NCBI GenBank assembly: GCA_965208125.1
Contig: OZ242320.1
Location: 128,001-192,000 of the forward strand
Source of the DNA: Candidatus Latescibacterota bacterium
GTDB taxonomy: Bacteria > Latescibacterota > UBA2968
Length of the DNA stretch: 64,000 nt
Direction of reading: 5' to 3'
Position 1 is the first letter of the stretch; every line of letters begins with the position of its first letter. Shown here one piece after another: positions 52,725 to 61,782 of the stretch. The notes under the pieces were generated by a model. The model was not told the origin of the DNA. It made no database searches and saw only the letters and a program-made list of their open reading frames with translations. The position numbers and the translations under genes are program-made.

Positions 52725-53477
52725 ATGAGCGATCTCAGAACCATAAAAATCACGGTATTGCGCTATCGTCCCGAAGAAGAGGATGCGCCAACCGAACAGA
52801 CTTACGAAGTTGAATTTCGCGACGACTGGGTCGTTCTCGACGCGCTCAACCACATCAAAGACCACATCGACGGCACGCTCTCATTCCGCTGGTCTTGTCG
52901 CATGGGTGTGTGCGGTAGTTGCGGCATGATGGTCAACGGCGAACCCAAACTCACCTGTGCCGCGATGTTGCGCGACTATTATCCCAACGAAGTGCGCGTG
53001 GAACCCCTGGTCAACTTCCCCATAGTGCGCGATCTCGTTACCGACATGACCGACTTTATGGACAAACTCAAAGCGGTCAAACCCTGGATCATTCGAGAAG
53101 AAGAAAAACCCGTATCCGAAGGAGAATACCTCCAGACGCCGGATCAGCTCAAAGATTACAAGCAATTCAGCCAGTGCATCAACTGCATGCTCTGTTATGC
53201 GGCCTGTCCGGTCTATGGCCTCGAACACGACTTCGTCGGTCCGGCCGCAATTGCCCTGGGCCATCGCTACAACCTCGATTCCCGAGATGAAGGCAATCAA
53301 CAGCGTCAACACGTCATTGCCAGCAAAGAAGGCATCTGGGAATGCACGTATGTCGGTGAATGCTCCGTCGTTTGTCCCAAACACGTCGATCCCGCAGAAG
53401 CCATTCAACAGACCAAAGTGGCAACCACAACCAACCGCTTGAAATCGCTTGTCATGCCCTGGGGAAATAAAACATGA
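52725..53477 (+). CDS. frdB: Fumarate reductase iron-sulfur subunit
   Basis: [32 protein letters not shown]. Confidence 0.9.
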   Translation: MSDLRTIKITVLRYRPEEEDAPTEQTYEVEFRDDWVVLDALNHIKDHIDGTLSFRWSCRMGVCGSCGMMVNGEPKLTCAAMLRDYYPNEVRVEPLVNFPIVRDLVTDMTDFMDKLKAVKPWIIREEEKPVSEGEYLQTPDQLKDYKQFSQCINCMLCYAACPVYGLEHDFVGPAAIALGHRYNLDSRDEGNQQRQHVIASKEGIWECTYVGECSVVCPKHVDPAEAIQQTKVATTTNRLKSLVMPWGNKT

Positions 53478-53908
53478 TGCTCGATTCCGAAACGACCCAA
53501 ACCTATACGCGCCCCATATCCAAAGCCTGGTGGCTACGCGACCGCGGACATTTTAATCGCAGATATTTCATGTTCTTGCTCCGCGAACTCACAAGCGTAT
53601 TCGTCGCCCTGTACGTCGTGCTCTTTATCTACGAAATTTTTCTATTAACAAAAGGGCCAGACGCACACGCAGCCTTCCGCGAATCTCTGAGTTCAGGTCC
53701 CTGGATCGCATTTCACATCATCGCCCTGATCTTCGCTCTGTACCACAGTTGGACCTGGCTGGGACTAACGACCAAAATGCAGGCGGCGGGACGTGGCCTC
53801 GTAAAAATTGGCACAAAGACCCTGCCACCCATCTTTATTGCACTGGGGTCTTACGGCGCCTGGATAGTTGCAACAATCGTCATCGCCTACCTGTTCATAA
53901 CTCTTTAG
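53474..53908 (+). CDS. frdC: Fumarate reductase membrane anchor C
   Basis: 'Y.RP....WW', 'LRELTS', 'YHSWTW'; 3 TM helices. Confidence 0.8.
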   Translation: MMLDSETTQTYTRPISKAWWLRDRGHFNRRYFMFLLRELTSVFVALYVVLFIYEIFLLTKGPDAHAAFRESLSSGPWIAFHIIALIFALYHSWTWLGLTTKMQAAGRGLVKIGTKTLPPIFIALGSYGAWIVATIVIAYLFITL

Positions 53909-53923
53909 ACCGAGGATATCCCT

Positions 53924-54286
53924 GTGAATTACAAAGAACACAAAAGCGAACCCTTCTGGTGGGGCATGTTCTCGCAAGGCGGTGTTATTGCCGCACTCCT
54001 CATACCCATCCACATTTTCCTGGGCGGCATCGCCGTACATTTGGGACTTATAGACGCCGAACTCATGTCACATGAACGCTTGACCGAACTGCTCCAAAAT
54101 CCGTTAGTCAAAGTCTATCTCTGTGTCCTGCTCATCTTCCCACTCTACCACGCGGCTCACCGAATCCGCTTCACCCTCGCTGAAATTGGATTGCACAGCC
54201 TCGCCAAAATCCTGCCCTTTCTCTGTTATGGCGGCGCATTGGCAGGCACAGCGGTAGTACTCTACATCTTGTGGGTATTGCTCTAA
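53924..54286 (+). CDS. frdD: Fumarate reductase membrane anchor D
   Basis: 'SEPFWWGMFSQGG', 'HAAHRI', 'CYG'; 3 TM helices. Confidence 0.85.
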   Translation: MNYKEHKSEPFWWGMFSQGGVIAALLIPIHIFLGGIAVHLGLIDAELMSHERLTELLQNPLVKVYLCVLLIFPLYHAAHRIRFTLAEIGLHSLAKILPFLCYGGALAGTAVVLYILWVLL

Positions 54287-54311
54287 GCCATCTCAACCAT
54301 AAAAAAATAAA

Positions 54312-54347
54312 AAGCTCGGATGATGCTGAAGAAGTTCATCCGAGCTT
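54312..54347. terminator. Hairpin terminator between convergent frdD and the SGNH gene
   Basis: AAGCTCGGATGA-12-TCATCCGAGCTT flanked by A/T tracts. Confidence 0.8.
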
Positions 54348-54373
54348 GTGTTTTTGCGGCAAAAAACCAATTT

Positions 54374-55447
54374 CTATTTTGTCTTCTTTATCCTTCTAAC
54401 CTTCCTGACCTTTCTAATGATCCCACCTTGCTCATCACAATCTAATAGAGACTCCAATCGCCCCGCAACGCGCTCTCCCATCTCGATCATCCCGTGATCC
54501 CCTGGATGAATCAGATCCACCGTCAACCCACCGATATTGCTCAACATTTCTGTTCCCTCAATCAAATGTGCATTTTCATGGGGACAACCATCCACCGCAT
54601 CTCGCAATGCTTGCCTGAAAGCCGCCGTCCTTTCGCGCTCTTCGGCATCGCCACAAAATTCTCTAAAATGCGGATAAATCGTAATACACCCCACGGGCCG
54701 GTCGGGATTTACACCTGCAACTGCATTTACCATATACGTCACGCGCTCGGAAAATTCCGACAGAGAAAATCCCGCACCCATCATATTGACCGACAAAGCC
54801 AGCGTCGCCACATCCCAATCGTCGCGCGCGGCAATATAATCTGCCAATTCGCGCTCGCAATAAGCCGATCCCCCCACGCCCAAATTGATCAAATCCGCTC
54901 CCAAACGCCACGCCACCTGACTCACATAGGTCAAATGCATAGCCGTAGCCGACGCCCCGTGTGTAATCGACGTGCCATAACTCAAATACCGCCGCTTTGG
55001 CAATTCATCAACCTTGGGAGGGCGAAGTCCTTCGCCCTCAATACTGTGATAGTGCAAACTGGTATTTCTCAGGACTAACCGCCACACATTGTGCGAAAAA
55101 GGCAAATCCCGCACCGCCTCAGATTCAATCGTCTTCAATCTCGCGGGATAAGTCAATTCCAGCGTCCTTGGCTCTTTCCCAATTTGAAAACGCTCTTTCT
55201 CTTGAAAAGGGCCAAAAAACGGAATCACTTCAGCCGATCCGCCCGGGCTGGACAGCGTCACATTGACCTTATTGCCCGCGCTCACAAAGCGGATCTCCGA
55301 CCCCGCCGGACTCAGCATGCGTTCCTGGGCACCCGCATTCAAACACAACCGCACATCTTCGGGCACGCGCTGCACCCGAAGGCCATCTCTCCCCTCAACT
55401 TCTCGCAATTCAGCTACATTGTGAAATTCGACATTGTCGTGAATCAT
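54374..55447 (-). CDS. SGNH/GDSL hydrolase family esterase
   Basis: YGTSITHG, NLGVGG, SVN, DLIHP. Confidence 0.88.
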   Translation of the reverse strand: MIHDNVEFHNVAELREVEGRDGLRVQRVPEDVRLCLNAGAQERMLSPAGSEIRFVSAGNKVNVTLSSPGGSAEVIPFFGPFQEKERFQIGKEPRTLELTYPARLKTIESEAVRDLPFSHNVWRLVLRNTSLHYHSIEGEGLRPPKVDELPKRRYLSYGTSITHGASATAMHLTYVSQVAWRLGADLINLGVGGSAYCERELADYIAARDDWDVATLALSVNMMGAGFSLSEFSERVTYMVNAVAGVNPDRPVGCITIYPHFREFCGDAEERERTAAFRQALRDAVDGCPHENAHLIEGTEMLSNIGGLTVDLIHPGDHGMIEMGERVAGRLESLLDCDEQGGIIRKVRKVRRIKKTK

Positions 55448-55461
55448 AAAAAACCTCCTGT

Positions 55462-56985
55462 TTACGCAGCCTGAGGAACCAGAACAGCTCCATCGGCTGT
55501 TGTAGCCCGGAAAGCAAACGCCCAGCCGCCGTGATTGGAGCCCCGGTCGTTACTGAGCTTGAGCACGATGGAATTGGCACCTGCCCGAAGCGTCACCGGA
55601 ATGTTCTGGGCTCGAAAGGCGTAGTGGTGACCCAAATCGAAAACCTCATCATTTACGCGCAGAATCAAAGCGTCATCCCAGGCCACACGCAGATTTGCCG
55701 TCATATCTGCAGGTGCATGTAAGACGCAGCGGGCAAGCGCTGCGCCCACATTGGTATTGCCCACACCCGGACCCCAAGGCCGAAACACATGGTTAAAATC
55801 GACAAAGCCGTGGTGAGCGGCGCGTCTGACCCAACGCGCTACGTCCCGTCCCCGTTGTCGTGAGCCAGCGGTTAACCAGGCCGACTCTTCACCGTGCAAA
55901 CCATCAAACGTCGCTTCTATCTGAAAGGCCGTCTCCGGGGGCAAGGTCGTTTCCATCGCTTGACCATTGTGATTGGCGAAAGGGCCGCATAGCCACCATT
56001 CGCCGCTGGCTGGCAGCGGCAGATCATGGGTCCCGCGCGGCAGCTCGACACCTGGCAACAGTTGCGACCAATCGGGCACGGCGAAGAACGGTCGCACGGC
56101 GTCCTGCTGGTACCAATAGACGGTAGAGCAGATATCGTTCGCCATACAGCCGAAGCGCATGTGAATCGATTGCTGGAAGGGGAGTGAGTCCTTTTCGAAG
56201 AAGCGGTAGCCCACCAACCGTTGCGCTGGCCGCGCCTGTCCCACATCCTCATGCACATAGTAAGGCATTGCGGCGTAGTGATGGGTTTCGGGTGGATGCA
56301 AGGCTCCCCCGTAGCCAGCCCCAAAGGTATCCTCACCCCCAATACCGCGCAAAAAGGCCGGGTGTTCGCCCTCTCCATCGATGTAGATATTTTCAGCCCC
56401 GCCGTGGCTCCAGCGATCGACATCATCGAGCAAACGCACGCCGTACACAAAGCCCAACAACTCTCCCGGCCCGTCGGCATCCAGCATCAGGAAATCTTCA
56501 CCGTAGCGCTGGGTCGGCATCTCTCGCCGCCAGCGGGCGCAGAAACGTCGCCTCTCATTCAGCGTCTGATTGGGGTAGCGGTGCCAATCCACCTGCAGGT
56601 AGGCGCGGTTCTCTTCAGGTCCGGCTTCAAACTCAACCCGTGCGGATCGGGCGAAGGGCATCTGGAAGTAGCAGTTATAGCCAATCCAGGCCTTGACCGA
56701 TAGGAAGTGGGTGTCTATCGGATACCAGCCCTGACCATGCATAACGCCAAAAAAGTCACCGACAGGCGCCTCAACATAGGGGATTGGCTCATCATCAAAA
56801 TAGATGCGAATAAGCACTTTGCGGCTGGTCATGGGTATGCGCTCTGGCCGCGACAGTACGACCCAAAGGTGCTGAATACAGCCTGGCCCATCGAGTTCGG
56901 CATAGACGGCTTTTTGGTTGGCCGGCAAAGGTCCGTTCATACTGACGCGATCGGGGATACCAACTTCAGGGAGTTGTAAATCCAT
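55462..56985 (-). CDS. DUF2961 (GH172-like) protein with C-terminal beta-sandwich
   Basis: 'LDGPGCIQHLW', 'PVGDFFG', 'NCYFQMPF', 'GGEDTFG', 'STVYWYQ'. Confidence 0.8.
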   Translation of the reverse strand: MDLQLPEVGIPDRVSMNGPLPANQKAVYAELDGPGCIQHLWVVLSRPERIPMTSRKVLIRIYFDDEPIPYVEAPVGDFFGVMHGQGWYPIDTHFLSVKAWIGYNCYFQMPFARSARVEFEAGPEENRAYLQVDWHRYPNQTLNERRRFCARWRREMPTQRYGEDFLMLDADGPGELLGFVYGVRLLDDVDRWSHGGAENIYIDGEGEHPAFLRGIGGEDTFGAGYGGALHPPETHHYAAMPYYVHEDVGQARPAQRLVGYRFFEKDSLPFQQSIHMRFGCMANDICSTVYWYQQDAVRPFFAVPDWSQLLPGVELPRGTHDLPLPASGEWWLCGPFANHNGQAMETTLPPETAFQIEATFDGLHGEESAWLTAGSRQRGRDVARWVRRAAHHGFVDFNHVFRPWGPGVGNTNVGAALARCVLHAPADMTANLRVAWDDALILRVNDEVFDLGHHYAFRAQNIPVTLRAGANSIVLKLSNDRGSNHGGWAFAFRATTADGAVLVPQAA

Positions 56986-57023
56986 AGCAGGCTCCATACT
57001 TGTTTATGCCCTTGCACTTTGCG

Positions 57024-58985
57024 TTAATACACCCATGCCTCACCCGAAGATAGATCTCGTCCAAGCGTCCATGTTTTCTCAAAAGCCTCAACAGTCAATT
57101 CAACGCGGTCATCCCCAGCGCGAAATACATCGGACAATTCTGCTGCAACGCCGGGAACATCTGTTCCGCGATAGGGCACAACCACAGTCAAAAACGCCGT
57201 GGGTGCCTGCTCATTCAGCGCAAAACGAAATGCTTTGCGCGGCAGGCGAGAACCATAAGTCCAGGCAAACCATCCCTCTTCTTCTGCCATAGATGCCCTG
57301 CAATTTGTCGCCGCCTGAACCAGCACATTAGCATCGTCAAATCGCGTAAAAGCGCGTCTTTCCCCCTCGTCAAACACCACATCGCCCGGCGCAAATTGGA
57401 AATGCAAATCAAGTTGCCCAGGAACATTGCCAATCGCCTCGTCCAAAAACGCGAAAAACTGTCGCTTGACAAACCACACCGAACGGCGGTGCACCAACCC
57501 GGGATACGCCCCATTCTCCACCACCAGAACATCGCTATCAGCCCCTTCTGACACCCACAACAAATGCCGCCCATCATCGGACGTATCACCGCCATCCAAC
57601 GTCAGAGTCTGATGCACTGTCGTCTGCCGGTGCCACGCGCGGCCTTCTGCATCGTGACCATAAGTGTAAAAACCCGTATCGTTCATCAACCAGCGCCCAT
57701 AAGCGTACAATTCAAACGTACCATTATCCGGTTGATCGTGGCTCGAAATAGCGGGCGGAGAACAATGCAGCGCCATGTGAATCTGATCGGGTCCCCAATC
57801 ATCGCGCATCACATACAAACCAGCCTCTTGAAATGCACGGCTCTTTTGCTCGGGCAAAAATTCGCGATCCAGAGTCGCACGCGCAACGTATTTGGGATCA
57901 CCTATCAATTCTGTAGCCTCGACAAGTGCATCGTACAGTCCCCACTTTGAGCGATCATCCGTCTCTTTTAACGCACGCGACCCATCCCCAAACATCGGCG
58001 CACCCAAATCGGGCGACGCAATCCAAAAAATATAGTCGTGCATCAACCGCACGCGCTCGCGAAACGCCTCTGAAATCTCAATATCGAAGGTATCCATGCG
58101 TCCAAAAATCTCCACAGCATCCCGCAACACCCCCGTATGATACCCAAAAGACCACTCTCGCTGAACGCCATCTGTTGTTGTCTGCGCCAAAAAATTCTCT
58201 TCAACCCGTTCCAGTGCCAATTCCATCCATTCACGCGATTCCGCAAACTCGCAGAACGTATAGGCAATATTGATAAATCCCCGTTGTTCAAACACCGCCT
58301 TATTGTGAATCAGCCCCATCGGAATCAGCTTTGTCTTAACCTGATGATCGTACAAACTTGCCAGCAACAGACCGAGAAACTCGGGCGTAAATGCCTCGGC
58401 ATGAATCAAACTGCGAAATGCCGAACAGATATTCGTCGCCCGAATACCCGTCTGAATATCCAGCCAGACAAACCCCTTCCAGTACGTATAAACGGAATGG
58501 GTTTTGGTGTGATTTTCCAGCGGATGTTTTGAAATCCAATCGGTCGTCATCTCCACAAATGTCTGGGCGTATTTCTCATCGCGCGTTGCAGCATAAGCCC
58601 GTGCGAGCGGTGCAGCCCAATAAAAACGGTACACGGCCGCAACCCATTCAATATCGCCGCGGGGATCCCATTCCCAGTCAAAATCATCGCTATAACGCGC
58701 CTCTTCATAAGGTCCCCACTGAATAATGCGCTGACAAATTTTGTCGGCAGTTGTAAAATCCCCTTCCCCAGACGCCTCACCCAGTGGATATTTCTCCCGA
58801 TAATAATCGCGCAATGCTGTAAGTGCGCCACTGCGACCCCCAGCATCCGCAGCCCGCTTTGCCGCCTCTAAACCCGTCAGATCTAATTTTTCCAAAATTC
58901 GTCCAGGATCAAACGACTCCAAAGGCATCTCGTGATCAATTTGATCCGCCCCTTTGGGGTACTCCACTACTGAACTCATAGCCAT
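57024..58985 (-). CDS. Heparinase II/III-family polysaccharide lyase
   Basis: Alpha-toroid region with 'HN', 'DG.Q.E.S.GYH', 'P.FGD', 'SHDQPD', 'DTG.Y.Y', 'HRR'. Confidence 0.85.
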   Translation of the reverse strand: MAMSSVVEYPKGADQIDHEMPLESFDPGRILEKLDLTGLEAAKRAADAGGRSGALTALRDYYREKYPLGEASGEGDFTTADKICQRIIQWGPYEEARYSDDFDWEWDPRGDIEWVAAVYRFYWAAPLARAYAATRDEKYAQTFVEMTTDWISKHPLENHTKTHSVYTYWKGFVWLDIQTGIRATNICSAFRSLIHAEAFTPEFLGLLLASLYDHQVKTKLIPMGLIHNKAVFEQRGFINIAYTFCEFAESREWMELALERVEENFLAQTTTDGVQREWSFGYHTGVLRDAVEIFGRMDTFDIEISEAFRERVRLMHDYIFWIASPDLGAPMFGDGSRALKETDDRSKWGLYDALVEATELIGDPKYVARATLDREFLPEQKSRAFQEAGLYVMRDDWGPDQIHMALHCSPPAISSHDQPDNGTFELYAYGRWLMNDTGFYTYGHDAEGRAWHRQTTVHQTLTLDGGDTSDDGRHLLWVSEGADSDVLVVENGAYPGLVHRRSVWFVKRQFFAFLDEAIGNVPGQLDLHFQFAPGDVVFDEGERRAFTRFDDANVLVQAATNCRASMAEEEGWFAWTYGSRLPRKAFRFALNEQAPTAFLTVVVPYRGTDVPGVAAELSDVFRAGDDRVELTVEAFEKTWTLGRDLSSGEAWVY

Positions 58986-59011
58986 GCCCTCCAATTATTG
59001 AACTCGCCATC

Positions 59012-61144
59012 TTATTTTTCGCTTCTAAACATCAACTTTATCACCACACTCTGAAGAGGTTCCAATCTCATCGACACACCTTCATCCGTCAACGCGATGC
59101 GACCAGAATCCGATTCATCAAAAAATTGGTATGTATCGTACGCGGGAACCCGGTCTATACGCAATAGCAAAACATCTGGCAAGAGATGAATTGGACAGAC
59201 AACTTCCCTGGCAAAACGCGCATCCAGATTGTGCGCCACGAGCAATCCCGAATGCCGGGTATAGCGCGTATAGGCAAAAACTCGGTCTTCAGAATCAATA
59301 TTGCGATGAAAATAAACATGCCCGGTTTGCAACTCAGACCGCTGGCTCACAAACTTGTGCAAAGCCTCATAAGCGGCAACAAGCTGTGAATGTGGTTCTC
59401 GCTCTACCCACTCGGGATGCAACACTGTGGATGCTTCAAAATCAGTACGCGCCTCCTCACCCCATTCTGAACCCCACTCTAAAGCATACGCCAAATTCAC
59501 ATAATGCGCCGTACCCGCCGTCGCATTGATCAGCGAACACTGGATATTGCGCAGCAGTGCCAACGGCCGGGATTGATAGCGATCTCGCCAGATTTTCGTT
59601 GCACGCAGGCTATCGTGATTCTCAAAATAAGCCATCGCCACAGTGCGAGGGGCAAATGTGCCAGACGTGCGCTCTAAAAAATCGGCATACTGATTTCCGT
59701 ATTCCGCATCCCGATGAAAATCCACCAGCAATGCGTAAATCATATCCACCGGAATATCCACTGCCTCACTTAACTCGCACAGAGTTTCGCCCAAAACGAG
59801 CGCATCGGGTTTAACCGCATTGATGCGGTTTTTAATCTGCTTCAAAAATGGCCGATCCACAGTCTGGCTCGCGTCAATACGCACCCCATCCAGATCACAG
59901 GTACGCATCCAAAAAGGCGCGATTCCCGACAGATAATTTTGCAAGGGCCTGTTAAAAGGCAAGTCGAGCAGCGCCACATCCGAATAAACCAGCCATGCAA
60001 TCTGATGAACTTTGGGGTGCCCATGCTCATCCATCACATACCAGTCGGGATATTGTTCAATCAACGGACAATCGCGGCTGGTCTGCATCAACACCAGATC
60101 GAAAATCACCTGCTTGCCCAGCGCGTGTGCCCGCCGCGCTATCGCGCGCAATTCCGCACGCCCAATCAACTGCATCAGCGTATCGCGCCCGACCCAATCA
60201 ATCAGTTCTTTGAATGTGCGAAAATTGTTAAAATCATCGACCTTACGCAACCTCGACAACTGCCGCTCGTGCAATAACGTCTGCAAATCCAAATCGACAA
60301 TCAGCCCATCCGACACCAGCGAAAGAAAATCCACCTCTTCTGGCAGCGTGACCAGAGCTGGATCGATCCGATAAAAATCCCGCACGGCATAAACACTGCC
60401 CAACGCGCCTTTTCGCACATCCTGTCCCGTGTGCAAATCTCCAAAACCAGGTTCAAAAAAAGGGAGCAAATACACCACATCTGTCTGCATCTCCTCAATC
60501 CGCGACGTCACATCGCAAAATGTTCCACTCACAAATTGACCATCTGCATCCAGACGCGCGCCAACTTTTCGAACACAGACTTCGGTAATTGAAAAACAAC
60601 GGCGTACCTGTTCGGGACTAATTGTGATTACCCCATCTCGATTCAGCGCAATATCATTAACCGAAATCCACGCCTTTGAAGCATCAGATACCGCCTTATC
60701 ATCAGCCGAAAACTCGACCGTATAGTGAAAAACACCCGTCTGATCGATCTGAATCACATCCGATTCAAATACCAGATTATTCCCCGAAAGAACGGGCTGA
60801 CCTCCCCCATCTACAATCATACGCATAGAAACATAAAAACCTGCCCCCGTGCGAAACTCACCCCGCTCATCTACAAAGCCGCGATCATTCACATCGGTCC
60901 ACAAACGCGCTTCCACATCGCCTGTGTGGCAGGTAGCCAAATCGATATCCGCAACAAATAGCTCAGTTCGAACACGCGCTTCTACTGCACTATCAGGCAC
61001 CAAAAATGCCCGAGCCATCACTGAATCATATCGAATACCATCCAGCTCAATAGTCAGATTACCGGCCCAGACATCCGCATTGTCATACGCCTGCACAGCA
61101 TATCGCTCGTGCAATTTGTATTTAAACTCCAAACGCTTATCCAC
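59012..61144 (-). CDS. GH13 alpha-amylase-superfamily protein, atypical
   Basis: GSVYAVRD, DGVRID (nucleophile), GE (acid/base), ENHD; GTG start with GGAGG. Confidence 0.8.
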   Translation of the reverse strand: MDKRLEFKYKLHERYAVQAYDNADVWAGNLTIELDGIRYDSVMARAFLVPDSAVEARVRTELFVADIDLATCHTGDVEARLWTDVNDRGFVDERGEFRTGAGFYVSMRMIVDGGGQPVLSGNNLVFESDVIQIDQTGVFHYTVEFSADDKAVSDASKAWISVNDIALNRDGVITISPEQVRRCFSITEVCVRKVGARLDADGQFVSGTFCDVTSRIEEMQTDVVYLLPFFEPGFGDLHTGQDVRKGALGSVYAVRDFYRIDPALVTLPEEVDFLSLVSDGLIVDLDLQTLLHERQLSRLRKVDDFNNFRTFKELIDWVGRDTLMQLIGRAELRAIARRAHALGKQVIFDLVLMQTSRDCPLIEQYPDWYVMDEHGHPKVHQIAWLVYSDVALLDLPFNRPLQNYLSGIAPFWMRTCDLDGVRIDASQTVDRPFLKQIKNRINAVKPDALVLGETLCELSEAVDIPVDMIYALLVDFHRDAEYGNQYADFLERTSGTFAPRTVAMAYFENHDSLRATKIWRDRYQSRPLALLRNIQCSLINATAGTAHYVNLAYALEWGSEWGEEARTDFEASTVLHPEWVEREPHSQLVAAYEALHKFVSQRSELQTGHVYFHRNIDSEDRVFAYTRYTRHSGLLVAHNLDARFAREVVCPIHLLPDVLLLRIDRVPAYDTYQFFDESDSGRIALTDEGVSMRLEPLQSVVIKLMFRSEK

Positions 61145-61223
61145 ATGGCCTCCGTGTAAAACAACTGCGTTCTCGCATCCCGGACAATATACGAAAGTCA
61201 GAGAGGTAAATCTCAATAAACTG

Positions 61224-61314
61224 AGGGCTGGGGACTGGGGATTAGGGCTGACTGCTGATAGCTGATAGCTTGGCGGCAGGGCTGGGGGGTTCTCACTTCT
61301 CACTTCTCTCTTCT
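61224..61314. repeat. Composite of three heptamer array types
   Basis: GGGACTG/GGGATTA, GCTGACT GCTGATA GCTGATA, TTCTCAC TTCTCAC TTCTCTC. Confidence 0.8.
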
Positions 61315-61418
61315 TTTGTAATACGCATTTAACAGATAAGAAACGGTAAAGAAATATACGCCTAATATATTCAACCGTCAGTTTACGCCACCCCAACTAC
61401 CTCAGGGAGGAATTCAGT

Positions 61419-61757
61419 ATGAAACTCATCACAGCAGTCATCCAGCCCCACAAGCTGGACGATGTGCGCGCAGCACTCGGCGACATCGGCATCCAGGGCA
61501 TGACCGTCACTGAAGCACGCGGTTTTGGACGCCAAAAAGGGCACCGAGAAGTCTATCGCGGTGCCGAATACGTCGTCGATTTTCTGCCCAAAGTCAAGCT
61601 GGAGATCGCCATCAATGAAGACGTAGTTGACCGCGCCATTGATGCGATAGAGAATGCTGCCAAAACGGGCAACGTAGGTGATGGAAAGATATTCGTTGCG
61701 GATTTGGGACAAGCTGTTCGCATTCGAACAGGCGAAACCGGGCCCGATGCGCTGTAA
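61419..61757 (+). CDS. glnK: P-II nitrogen regulatory protein
   Basis: GFGRQKG, YRGAEY T-loop, GDGKIF; directly upstream of amtB. Confidence 0.95.
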   Translation: MKLITAVIQPHKLDDVRAALGDIGIQGMTVTEARGFGRQKGHREVYRGAEYVVDFLPKVKLEIAINEDVVDRAIDAIENAAKTGNVGDGKIFVADLGQAVRIRTGETGPDAL

Positions 61758-61782
61758 CACAATCATATATCAGGAGAATACA

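Noticed and set aside
61318-61335. TGTAA-N8-TAACA upstream of glnK as a GlnR/TnrA box
   Set aside because: Spacing is 8 rather than 7, and no sigma54 -24/-12 motif was seen; unsupported.
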